Of a stretch of DNA of 64,000 bases, positions 54,624 through 62,280 are shown in pieces. The stretch is from contig JACRHP010000053.1 in assembly GCA_016212005.1 (NCBI GenBank), positions 2,402 through 66,401 of the forward strand. Direction: 5' to 3'. Both the position numbers and the translations under genes were made by a program. Numbering within the stretch: the stretch's first letter is position 1; the number at the start of each line of letters is the position of its first letter. Source of the stretch: Candidatus Omnitrophota bacterium (GTDB lineage: Bacteria > Omnitrophota > Gorgyraeia > Zapsychrales > Zapsychraceae). The notes below the pieces were generated by a model that was not told the DNA's origin, ran no database searches, and saw only the letters and a list, made by a program, of their open reading frames with translations.

Positions 54624-56327
54624 ATGGCAAGATGGATCATTTATTGGGTGGTGGTGGCAACCGCAGGGGTGTTCGCCTTTAAGGTTTTTCAAAGAGATTC
54701 CCTCCAGACATTGGTCACACCCGGGGCTTTGACCAAAGCGCACGCCCAATACGAAAAAAAATGTGACGCGTGTCACGCGCCTTTTAGCAAGGAAACCCAG
54801 AACAATTTGTGCGTTGAGTGTCACAAGACAATCGGGGAAGAGATGAAAAACAGTCTGGGGCTTCATGGGCGGCTGGCGGCGGTAAAGGAAGGTAAATGCA
54901 CCCGTTGTCATACTGATCACCGGGGGCGGGATTTTGATATTGTCGGCCTGGTGAAGGAGGGCTTCACCCATCAGTTCACCGATTTCACGCTGGCCGGCGC
55001 CCATACCCGTCCGGGTATCGGCTGTGACGCCTGCCACGCACCGGGGAAGAAGTTCCGTGAGGCGCCGGTGGATTGTTTCAGCTGTCATCAGAAAGATGAC
55101 GCCCATCAGGGAAAGTTGGGCGCGCAATGTTCCCAGTGCCACAACGAAACCTCGTGGCAGAAGACCTATTTTGACCACCGCCAGACGCGTTTCCCGTTAA
55201 AAGGCAAACATGAGCAATTAGCTTGTGACGCGTGCCATGCCGACCGGACGTACAAAAACGCGCCCGTTGAATGCGCGGGGTGTCATTTGATCAACGATAT
55301 CCATGACAGTCCCCTGGATGAAAAATGTTCCCGGTGCCATGTGGAAGATGACTGGAAAAAGGTTTCTTTCGATCATAACAAGGAGACAAAATTTGTTCTG
55401 GAAGGAGCGCATACCCAAACGGCCTGTGACGCCTGCCACACAGGGTTTTCTTTTAAGGGAAATAAGCCGGGAGCGCAATGTATTGACTGCCATCAGGGGG
55501 ATGATATCCATAAGGGCCGCTATGCTACCCGCTGTGATCAATGTCACGTTCTGGCGTCATGGAAAGAAGTCCGTTTTGATCACGCCAGGGACACAAAATT
55601 TCAGCTTAAAGGCGCGCACAGCCAGGTGAAATGTGAAGCGTGCCACCAAGAGGCCGCTTCCGGGATAAAACTTGAGACCTCCTGCGCGAGTTGTCATCAA
55701 GGGGACGACATCCATAAAGGGGAACTGGGGGCACAATGTTCCCAGTGTCACAACGAGAATGGCTGGGGGGAGCGGATAGTTTTTGACCATGATCTGACGA
55801 AGTTTCCTTTGATCGGATTGCACGCGGTCACTTCGTGTGATGAATGTCATCTTTCCCCGACGTTCAAGGATGTCAGGACCGATTGCCTTTCTTGCCATCG
55901 GGACGACGATGAACATCGCGGGACGCTCGGGAGCGGTTGCGGCCAGTGCCATAATCCCAACGGCTGGCGGTTGTGGGAATTCGACCATGATAACCAGACG
56001 AAATTCAAGCTGGAGGGAGCCCACGCGGGGCTAAAGTGTCAGGAATGTCACACCCGGCCCATGGACGGGCAGGTGGTCAAACAAAAATCGGACTGTTTGG
56101 AATGTCACGCGAAAGATGATGCGCATCAGGGACGTTTTGGTGTACAATGTGCTCTGTGCCATTTTGCCGATTCATTTAAAAGGATCAAAGAGTTCCACAA
56201 TGTGCCGGAAACAAAAAATTGTTTCAGCTGTCATGAGCAAGACGATGTCCATGACGGGCATTTCGGCCGGCAGTGCGGCCAGTGCCATACTGTCGAATCC
56301 TTTAAAAAGATCATTATGAGCAACTGA
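54624..56327 (+). CDS. Multihaem c-type cytochrome, 23 CxxCH motifs, repeated c7/c3-like trihaem modules
   Basis: I counted 23 CxxCH motifs in the translation. A recurring module CxxCH...CxxCH(x)DD(x)H.G..G..CxxCH...FDH occurs about seven times. The N-terminal hydrophobic segment MARWIIYWVVVATAGVFAF has no obvious cleavage site. Confidence 0.9.
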   Translation: MARWIIYWVVVATAGVFAFKVFQRDSLQTLVTPGALTKAHAQYEKKCDACHAPFSKETQNNLCVECHKTIGEEMKNSLGLHGRLAAVKEGKCTRCHTDHRGRDFDIVGLVKEGFTHQFTDFTLAGAHTRPGIGCDACHAPGKKFREAPVDCFSCHQKDDAHQGKLGAQCSQCHNETSWQKTYFDHRQTRFPLKGKHEQLACDACHADRTYKNAPVECAGCHLINDIHDSPLDEKCSRCHVEDDWKKVSFDHNKETKFVLEGAHTQTACDACHTGFSFKGNKPGAQCIDCHQGDDIHKGRYATRCDQCHVLASWKEVRFDHARDTKFQLKGAHSQVKCEACHQEAASGIKLETSCASCHQGDDIHKGELGAQCSQCHNENGWGERIVFDHDLTKFPLIGLHAVTSCDECHLSPTFKDVRTDCLSCHRDDDEHRGTLGSGCGQCHNPNGWRLWEFDHDNQTKFKLEGAHAGLKCQECHTRPMDGQVVKQKSDCLECHAKDDAHQGRFGVQCALCHFADSFKRIKEFHNVPETKNCFSCHEQDDVHDGHFGRQCGQCHTVESFKKIIMSN

Positions 56328-58213
56328 TGTTTGTGCCGGGGCAGTTATTGCAGATGTCAAAAAGGATCATTTTCGTTTTGTTGTTCGTTTTTTTGTGGGT
56401 TCCGCGGGCTGACGCGCAGCGCATTGACTTTGACCATTTTGCCGCGGGATTCCCTTTGACGGGAGCCCACGCTGGACTTGACTGCGAAAGCTGTCATGTC
56501 CGCGGTATTTTTAAAGGAACACCCACGCAGTGCGCTTCCTGTCATAAGCAGGGAGGGAACGTTTCCGCCACCCCGACGCCCGCCAACCATATCAACACCA
56601 CCAATGAATGCGAGGCTTGCCATACGACCGAGAGCATGAGCACGGTCACCCGCCTGGACCATTCGGCCGTTCTGGGAACTTGCGTCAGTTGTCACAATGG
56701 CGTCAAGGCAGCCGGAAAATCAGCGACCCATATTATGAGTTCAAAGGATTGCGCCCAGTGCCATACGACCATGAACTGGGGTTCGGCCCGTTTCGATCAC
56801 GCGGCGGTCACTGGAAAATGCAGCAGTTGCCATAACGGCACCAGTGCCACGGGCAAATCGGCCAGACATATTCCCAGTTCCAATAATTGCGATGATTGTC
56901 ACACGACGACGAGCTGGAGCGGCGCGCGGTTCGATCACAGTTCAGCAACCGGGACATGCAGCAGTTGTCATAACGGGACGATGGCAACGGGCAAATCGCC
57001 GACGCATATCCCCAGTTCGAACAATTGCGGGGATTGTCACACGACGACAAGCTGGAGCTCGGCGCGTTTTGACCACGGTGCGGTGACGGGAAGCTGCTCC
57101 AGTTGCCACAATGGAACAACGGCCACAGGTAAATCGGCCCGGCACATGAGTACGACCAACGCGTGCGCGGATTGCCATAGTACCAGTACCTGGATACCGG
57201 TCGTACGGGTGGACCATGCGTCAGTCAACGGGACCTGTTACAGCTGCCACAACGGGACGACGGCTCCGGGCAAGATCCCGACGCACATCGCGAGTTCGAA
57301 TAACTGCGATGATTGTCACACGACAACAAGCTGGAGCGGCGCGCGGTTCGACCACGGCGCGGTGACGGGAAGTTGCAGCAGCTGCCATAACGGGACGAGC
57401 GCGACCGGCAAATCGCCAACGCATATGAATACGGCCAACACGTGTGAGGATTGCCACAGCGTGAACACGTGGTCTCCGGTCATGCGGGTGGACCACTCCG
57501 CGGTCAACGGGACCTGTTACGGTTGTCACAGCGGGACAACGGCCACGGGTAAAACTCCGACGCACATCGCGAGTTCGAATAACTGCGATGATTGTCACAC
57601 GACCAACGCGTGGACGCCTGCGGTCTTTGACCATGGTTCGACAACAGGGACGTGTTTCAGTTGCCACAACGGAACGACGGCCACGGGTAAAACTCCGACG
57701 CACATCGCGAGCTCCAATACGTGCGACGATTGCCACACGACGGTCGCCTGGATCCCGGCCAATTTTGACCACGGGTCGGTAACGGGAAGCTGCAGCAGCT
57801 GTCATAACGGGACAATGGCGACCGGAAAACCAGGCAACCATTTTGTGACCACTCTGCAATGCGATGAGTGTCACACCGTGTCCGCATGGTTGCCGACGCG
57901 TCCCTATAATCATTCCTCCGGTGAGTATCCGGGAGACCACCGCTCCAGCGTCACCTGTCTGGATTGTCACAAATCCAATAGCCAGGCGGCAACATGGACC
58001 TACGCCAGTTACCGGCCGGACTGCGCGGGCTGTCATGCCGGAAGATATAAGCAGGATGCGCACAAGAAATATGAAACCCCGACGACGGCCTTTTACACGG
58101 TGAGCGAACTGCGGGATTGCGCCGGTTCCTGCCACCTGTACACCGACAGCGGTATGACGACGGTCAAGAAATCCAGGACGGGAGAGCATCGCGTTTCAAA
58201 CGGCGACTTCTGA
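56327..58213 (+). CDS. Multihaem c-type cytochrome, 23 CxxCH + 1 CxxxCH, doubled-CXXCH tandem repeats
   Basis: Signal peptide (alternative start M10: MSKRIIFVLLFVFLWVPRADA). Nine ~46-aa units follow the pattern FDH-x6-CSSCHNGTxATGKxxxHIxSSNNCDDCHTTxxW. The terminal motif is CAGSCH. Confidence 0.9.
   Translation: MFVPGQLLQMSKRIIFVLLFVFLWVPRADAQRIDFDHFAAGFPLTGAHAGLDCESCHVRGIFKGTPTQCASCHKQGGNVSATPTPANHINTTNECEACHTTESMSTVTRLDHSAVLGTCVSCHNGVKAAGKSATHIMSSKDCAQCHTTMNWGSARFDHAAVTGKCSSCHNGTSATGKSARHIPSSNNCDDCHTTTSWSGARFDHSSATGTCSSCHNGTMATGKSPTHIPSSNNCGDCHTTTSWSSARFDHGAVTGSCSSCHNGTTATGKSARHMSTTNACADCHSTSTWIPVVRVDHASVNGTCYSCHNGTTAPGKIPTHIASSNNCDDCHTTTSWSGARFDHGAVTGSCSSCHNGTSATGKSPTHMNTANTCEDCHSVNTWSPVMRVDHSAVNGTCYGCHSGTTATGKTPTHIASSNNCDDCHTTNAWTPAVFDHGSTTGTCFSCHNGTTATGKTPTHIASSNTCDDCHTTVAWIPANFDHGSVTGSCSSCHNGTMATGKPGNHFVTTLQCDECHTVSAWLPTRPYNHSSGEYPGDHRSSVTCLDCHKSNSQAATWTYASYRPDCAGCHAGRYKQDAHKKYETPTTAFYTVSELRDCAGSCHLYTDSGMTTVKKSRTGEHRVSNGDF
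56645..57887 (+). repeat. Intragenic tandem repeat, ~138 nt x ~9 (one di-haem unit each)
   Basis: Long near-identical DNA stretches recur. For example, aataattgcgatgattgtcacacgacgacgagctggagcggcgcgcggttcga at ~56880 matches aataactgcgatgattgtcacacgacaacaagctggagcggcgcgcggttcga at ~57297, with another copy at ~57577. Confidence 0.85.
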
Positions 58214-58265
58214 TATTATTCAATTTTAAAAATTACAAAATCTTTTAGTTAGAAGGGGCAATATC

Positions 58266-60392
58266 ATGAATGGTTTTTCGCGGGTCAGAAAATCAGCAAT
58301 TCCCGGGACGTGTCTTTGGGCTATCTTGTTTTTTTCAGCGAGCGTGGCGCGTGCCGGCTTGATCGAGGAGACGCAGGTCGCTCCCCAGCCGGACGGCTAT
58401 CGGGTGGATATCCATTTTCTTCTTTCCATCCGTTACCAGAGCCACACGCCCACCGGGAAAGGCAAGGTGTTCCGGGTGCAGCTGCGCGCGACCAATTACA
58501 AGAGCCTGACTGACGAGGAAGTGGCGCTTTTGCGCGACCGCGTCAGCTTGAGCTGGGACCAGGCGATCGGAATCCCGGTTGGCGAGATTACTTACGAGGG
58601 CGGTGACCCGGAACGCCCCGAGATGACCTTTATTTTTACGGAGGATGTGGATATCGAGTTCCAGGGCAGCGGCGACTCGCGCACGTTGAGCGCCATCGTA
58701 AAAACTGCCGTGAAACCACCCTCTATGCCGGAAGAGGTCCCGTTTGCTGGAGAAATTCCCTCGGGTGAAGGAGATTCTGGGTTGATGAGGGAGGCCAGCG
58801 TATCTATGGCGCTGGGAGAGTATACCCGCGCCATTCAGATTTATACCAAAATCTTGCGTACTGCCGAGGGAGACACCAAAAAGAAAGCCCAGGAATTTTT
58901 GGGCCTGGCGCGGGAACGTAACGGCCAGCTGGCGCACGCCAAGGCGGAGTATGAAAAATATCTCGCGGAGTTTCCCGAAGGCGCGGACGCGGAGCGGGTA
59001 CGCCAGCGTCTGGCAGGGCTGGTTACCGCGGCCAAAGCGCCCAAAGAACCGCTCAAGGAAGCCAAGCGCGCTGAACGGGCCCCATCCCGCGCGAGCAAAT
59101 GGGACAAGCAGATGTACGGGAACTTCTCTCAGTTCTATTTCCGGGACCAAACAGTGCCGGAAGCGGGTGAAACACAGGTTAACCGTGATGACCTTACTTC
59201 AGACTTGGACCTCAACAGCCGCTGGCGCAATGAGAAGCTGGACCTTCGCGGCAAATTTACGACAAGCTATCAGAATAATTTTGTGACCGGAGAGCAGGAC
59301 GAAGACTCCATCAGTGCCTTGTTCTTTGAAGGGAAGATCAAGAAATACGGACTTCTGGGCCGCTTTGGGCGCCAGTCGCGCACGACGGGCGGCGTCCTGG
59401 GCCGGTTCGACGGCGCGCACCTCGCGCTGGATATCGCCCCGAAACTCACGTTCAATACCGTTTGCGGTTTTCCCGTGGACAGTTCCCAGAACACGTATGT
59501 CGAGTATGCCCGGAGGTTCTGCGGGGTCAGCGCCGATCTGGGGACGTTCCGGGAGCACTGGGACTTGAGCACCTTTTTCATCGATCAGGGTAATAAAGGG
59601 CTGGTTGACCGCCGGGCCATCGGGACGGAACTCCGTTATTTTGACGACGTCAAAGGGTTCTTTAACCTGTTTGATTACGACGTGTTCTACGAGCGGCTGA
59701 ATATTTTTCTTTTTAACGGCCACTGGAAGGCGTTATCGGCCACGGATATTAACTTCGTCCTGGATTACCGCAAGAGCCCGTTACTGACGACCAATAACGC
59801 TATCCAGGGGCAGGGGGTCAACAAGATCGCCCAGTTGTTCGACAATTTTTCGGATGATGAACTATACGCCCTGGCCGAAGACCGCACGGCCGTCAGCAAG
59901 TCGATGACTGTCGGTGTGACGCAAGACGTGAAAAAGGATGTCCAGCTGACCGGGGAAATGACCGTCTCCGAGACCGAGGGCACGGTCGCCTCCGGCGGCG
60001 TTGACGCCGTTCCCGGCACCGGCAAGGAATATTCCTATTCAACGCAGCTGATCACCAATAACGTCCTCGTGGAAAATGACGTTATTATTACGGGGTTACG
60101 TTATTCGGACGCCCAGACAAACCATACCACTTCGTTTACGATCAACGCGAGATATCCGTATCTCACCAAACTCCGGTTTATCCCGAAACTCCGTCTGGAC
60201 TTCCGCGAAGACAAGGGAAGCGATGACAACCGGTTCCTGGCGCGCCCCACGATGCGCATCGATTACAATTTCAAGAAATGGATGCGTTTTGAAGTCGAGG
60301 GCGGGTTCGAATGGGTGGATGAGGTTTCTTCCGGCGTTTCGCAAACATCTACGGAGCAATTTATTTCCGCGGGGTATCGTCTTACCTTTTAG
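58266..60392 (+). CDS. Outer-membrane protein: signal peptide, N-terminal soluble region with TPR-like helices, C-terminal ~430-aa predicted beta-barrel
   Basis: Signal peptide (ILFFSASVARA). TPR-like segment (ALGEYTRAIQIYTKIL...AKAEYEKYLAEFPEG). The C-terminal half has alternating beta-strand pattern and ends in SAGYRLTF, an OMP-type terminal Phe. Confidence 0.65.
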   Translation: MNGFSRVRKSAIPGTCLWAILFFSASVARAGLIEETQVAPQPDGYRVDIHFLLSIRYQSHTPTGKGKVFRVQLRATNYKSLTDEEVALLRDRVSLSWDQAIGIPVGEITYEGGDPERPEMTFIFTEDVDIEFQGSGDSRTLSAIVKTAVKPPSMPEEVPFAGEIPSGEGDSGLMREASVSMALGEYTRAIQIYTKILRTAEGDTKKKAQEFLGLARERNGQLAHAKAEYEKYLAEFPEGADAERVRQRLAGLVTAAKAPKEPLKEAKRAERAPSRASKWDKQMYGNFSQFYFRDQTVPEAGETQVNRDDLTSDLDLNSRWRNEKLDLRGKFTTSYQNNFVTGEQDEDSISALFFEGKIKKYGLLGRFGRQSRTTGGVLGRFDGAHLALDIAPKLTFNTVCGFPVDSSQNTYVEYARRFCGVSADLGTFREHWDLSTFFIDQGNKGLVDRRAIGTELRYFDDVKGFFNLFDYDVFYERLNIFLFNGHWKALSATDINFVLDYRKSPLLTTNNAIQGQGVNKIAQLFDNFSDDELYALAEDRTAVSKSMTVGVTQDVKKDVQLTGEMTVSETEGTVASGGVDAVPGTGKEYSYSTQLITNNVLVENDVIITGLRYSDAQTNHTTSFTINARYPYLTKLRFIPKLRLDFREDKGSDDNRFLARPTMRIDYNFKKWMRFEVEGGFEWVDEVSSGVSQTSTEQFISAGYRLTF

Positions 60393-60471
60393 CCCGGCAA
60401 CCGCCCTCTTGCGCCGGGGGCTGAATTTTCCTGTTGCAATCTCCTCCAGGTTTGGTATTCTAACCGTATCT

Positions 60472-61848
60472 ATGAGCCTCACCATTGACCGGGAAACCGT
60501 TGCCAAATTCGACGTCCCGGGCCCGCGGTACACGAGTTACCCCACCGCGCCGGTCTGGTCGACGGATGTCAACGCCGCCGTTTACGCCGAGAAACTCGCC
60601 GCCTTCGGCCGCAGCAACAAGACGCTTTCCTTGTATATCCATATCCCGTTTTGCCAGTCGCTGTGCACGTACTGTGGCTGCAACGTCGTCATCCGCAAAC
60701 AGGACGAACGTTTCGGCGACGAATACATTGAATATCTTTTCCGGGAAATGGAACTGGTGCACCGCGCCATCGGCAACCGTCCGAGGGTCCGCCAGCTGCA
60801 CTGGGGCGGGGGCACGCCGACGTTCTTGAACGAATCCCAGATCGAGCGGCTGTATAAAGGCACGCTAAAATATTTTGACGTCGACCCCGCCGGCGAGATC
60901 GCCATCGAGATCGACCCGCGCACCATCGACAAGTCCAAAGTCCGGAAATTGCGCGCGCTGGGGTTCAACCGTGTTTCGATGGGCGTGCAGGATTTCAGCG
61001 AAGACGTGCAGAAAGAGGTCAACCGCTGGCAGCCCTATCCAATTGTGAAAGAATTTAATGACTGGTGCCGGGAGCTTAAATTCGCCTCGGTCAATTTTGA
61101 CCTGATCTACGGCCTGCCGAGACAAACGCCGGAAAGTTTCTCCGCGACCGTCGAGAAGGTGGTCGCCCTGGCGCCCGAGCGCGTCGCGCTCTACAGCTTC
61201 GCCTACGTCCCGTGGCTGAAGCGGCACCAGCGCAAGATCGACGAATCTCTTTTGCCCTCCGCTGACGCGAAGCTGGATATTTTCCTGCGCGCCCGCGAGC
61301 GGTTCCTGGAAAGCGGCTACCAGGCGATCGCGATGGACCATTTCGCGCTCGCGGACGACGATTTGGCCAAGGCCTTTGAGGCCGGCACGCTCTACCGGAA
61401 CTTCATGGGCTACACGGTCAAGCCGGCCGACGAATATATCGGCCTGGGGGTCACCTCGATCGGTTTTCTGGAAAACACCTACGCGCAGAACGAGAAGGCC
61501 CTCCCGGCGTATTACGCCGCGCTGGACGCCGGCCGCCTGCCGGTGGAGCGCGGCAAGGTCCTCACCGACGACGACCGCGCGCGCCGGTGGGCAATAAATT
61601 CCCTGATGTGCCGGTTCCGGATCGACAAGCGGGATTTTCAAAAGGAATTTCATGCCGACTTTGACCGGTATTTCCAGGACGAACAGGCGCATATCCGCCG
61701 GTGCGTCCAGGACGGCCTCTTGCGGGTGGAAAACGGTTCGCTCGAAGTTTGCGGGCCGGGGAAACTGTTTGTCCGTAACGTATGCATGGGGTTCGACCAC
61801 TATTTGCAGCAAAAGGACGCGCCGGCGCGTTTTTCAAGGACCGTCTGA
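60472..61848 (+). CDS. hemN: Oxygen-independent coproporphyrinogen III oxidase (radical SAM)
   Basis: PRYTSYPTA motif, radical SAM box HIPFCQSLCTYCGC and GGGTPTFL. Start at ATG 60472; the ORF from 60076 overlaps the upstream gene out of frame. Confidence 0.9.
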   Translation: MSLTIDRETVAKFDVPGPRYTSYPTAPVWSTDVNAAVYAEKLAAFGRSNKTLSLYIHIPFCQSLCTYCGCNVVIRKQDERFGDEYIEYLFREMELVHRAIGNRPRVRQLHWGGGTPTFLNESQIERLYKGTLKYFDVDPAGEIAIEIDPRTIDKSKVRKLRALGFNRVSMGVQDFSEDVQKEVNRWQPYPIVKEFNDWCRELKFASVNFDLIYGLPRQTPESFSATVEKVVALAPERVALYSFAYVPWLKRHQRKIDESLLPSADAKLDIFLRARERFLESGYQAIAMDHFALADDDLAKAFEAGTLYRNFMGYTVKPADEYIGLGVTSIGFLENTYAQNEKALPAYYAALDAGRLPVERGKVLTDDDRARRWAINSLMCRFRIDKRDFQKEFHADFDRYFQDEQAHIRRCVQDGLLRVENGSLEVCGPGKLFVRNVCMGFDHYLQQKDAPARFSRTV

Positions 61849-62204
61849 TGGCCGCGCAGAAAAAAAATAATCCGGGAAAAGAGCGCAGGACGAGCAAACG
61901 TTCCGCCATTGAGCTCGCCGCCTCCTTCGGGATCGACGAAGACCCCCGCCCCGAGCGCGAGGCGAAGATCAACGATGTCTCCGGGGGCGGATTTTGTTTC
62001 ACCTCGGACCACAAGCTCGAGGAGGACGAAGAGCTCCAGCTGGCGGTGGACCTGGACGTGCTCGAACAGGTCGTCATCAACGTCCGGGTGGTGTGGGTCG
62101 AGAAGGTCAAGGGGAGGAAGGGATACCGCGTCGGGGTGCGGCTGATCGAATCCGACGGCCCCGAGTTCGAGAGGTTCATGGAGTTTTATAGAAAACAAAT
62201 TTGA
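61848..62204 (+). CDS. PilZ domain protein
   Basis: ERRTSKRSAI (RxxxR) and DVSGGGFCF (DxSxxG) motifs. 118 aa. ATG overlaps the hemN stop (TGATG). Confidence 0.7.
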   Translation: MAAQKKNNPGKERRTSKRSAIELAASFGIDEDPRPEREAKINDVSGGGFCFTSDHKLEEDEELQLAVDLDVLEQVVINVRVVWVEKVKGRKGYRVGVRLIESDGPEFERFMEFYRKQI

Positions 62205-62206
62205 GC

Positions 62207-62280
62207 CGTGAAGCGTCGCTCGTGAAGAGTATCTCGTAAAACTTTTCTCACGCTTCACTCTTCACGTTCCACGAGATACG
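62207..62280. repeat. Intergenic modular palindrome, mixed CGTGAAG / CGAGATA heptamers
   Basis: Left arm is cgtgaag-cgtcgct-cgtgaag-agtatct-cgt. Right arm is cacgcttcac-tcttcacg-ttcc-acgagatacg and ends exactly at the hemE ATG. Confidence 0.75.

Noticed and set aside
56770-57830. Recurrent N-G-T sequons (CSSCHNGTxATGK) as possible N-glycosylation sites
   Set aside because: The sequon is part of the repeated haem-binding unit, so its recurrence follows from the repeat itself. No glycosyltransferase or oligosaccharyltransferase gene is present in the window to support it.
57221-58189. 322-aa minus-strand ORF, and several 60-100-aa ORFs inside the cytochrome repeat array
   Set aside because: They are antisense or alternate-frame readings of the repetitive di-haem coding units (Arg/Val/Thr/Gly-rich). 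The plus frame carries the CxxCH periodicity.
60865-61812. 315-aa minus-strand ORF
   Set aside because: It is antisense to hemN, which has the radical SAM box and the PRYTSYPTA signature.
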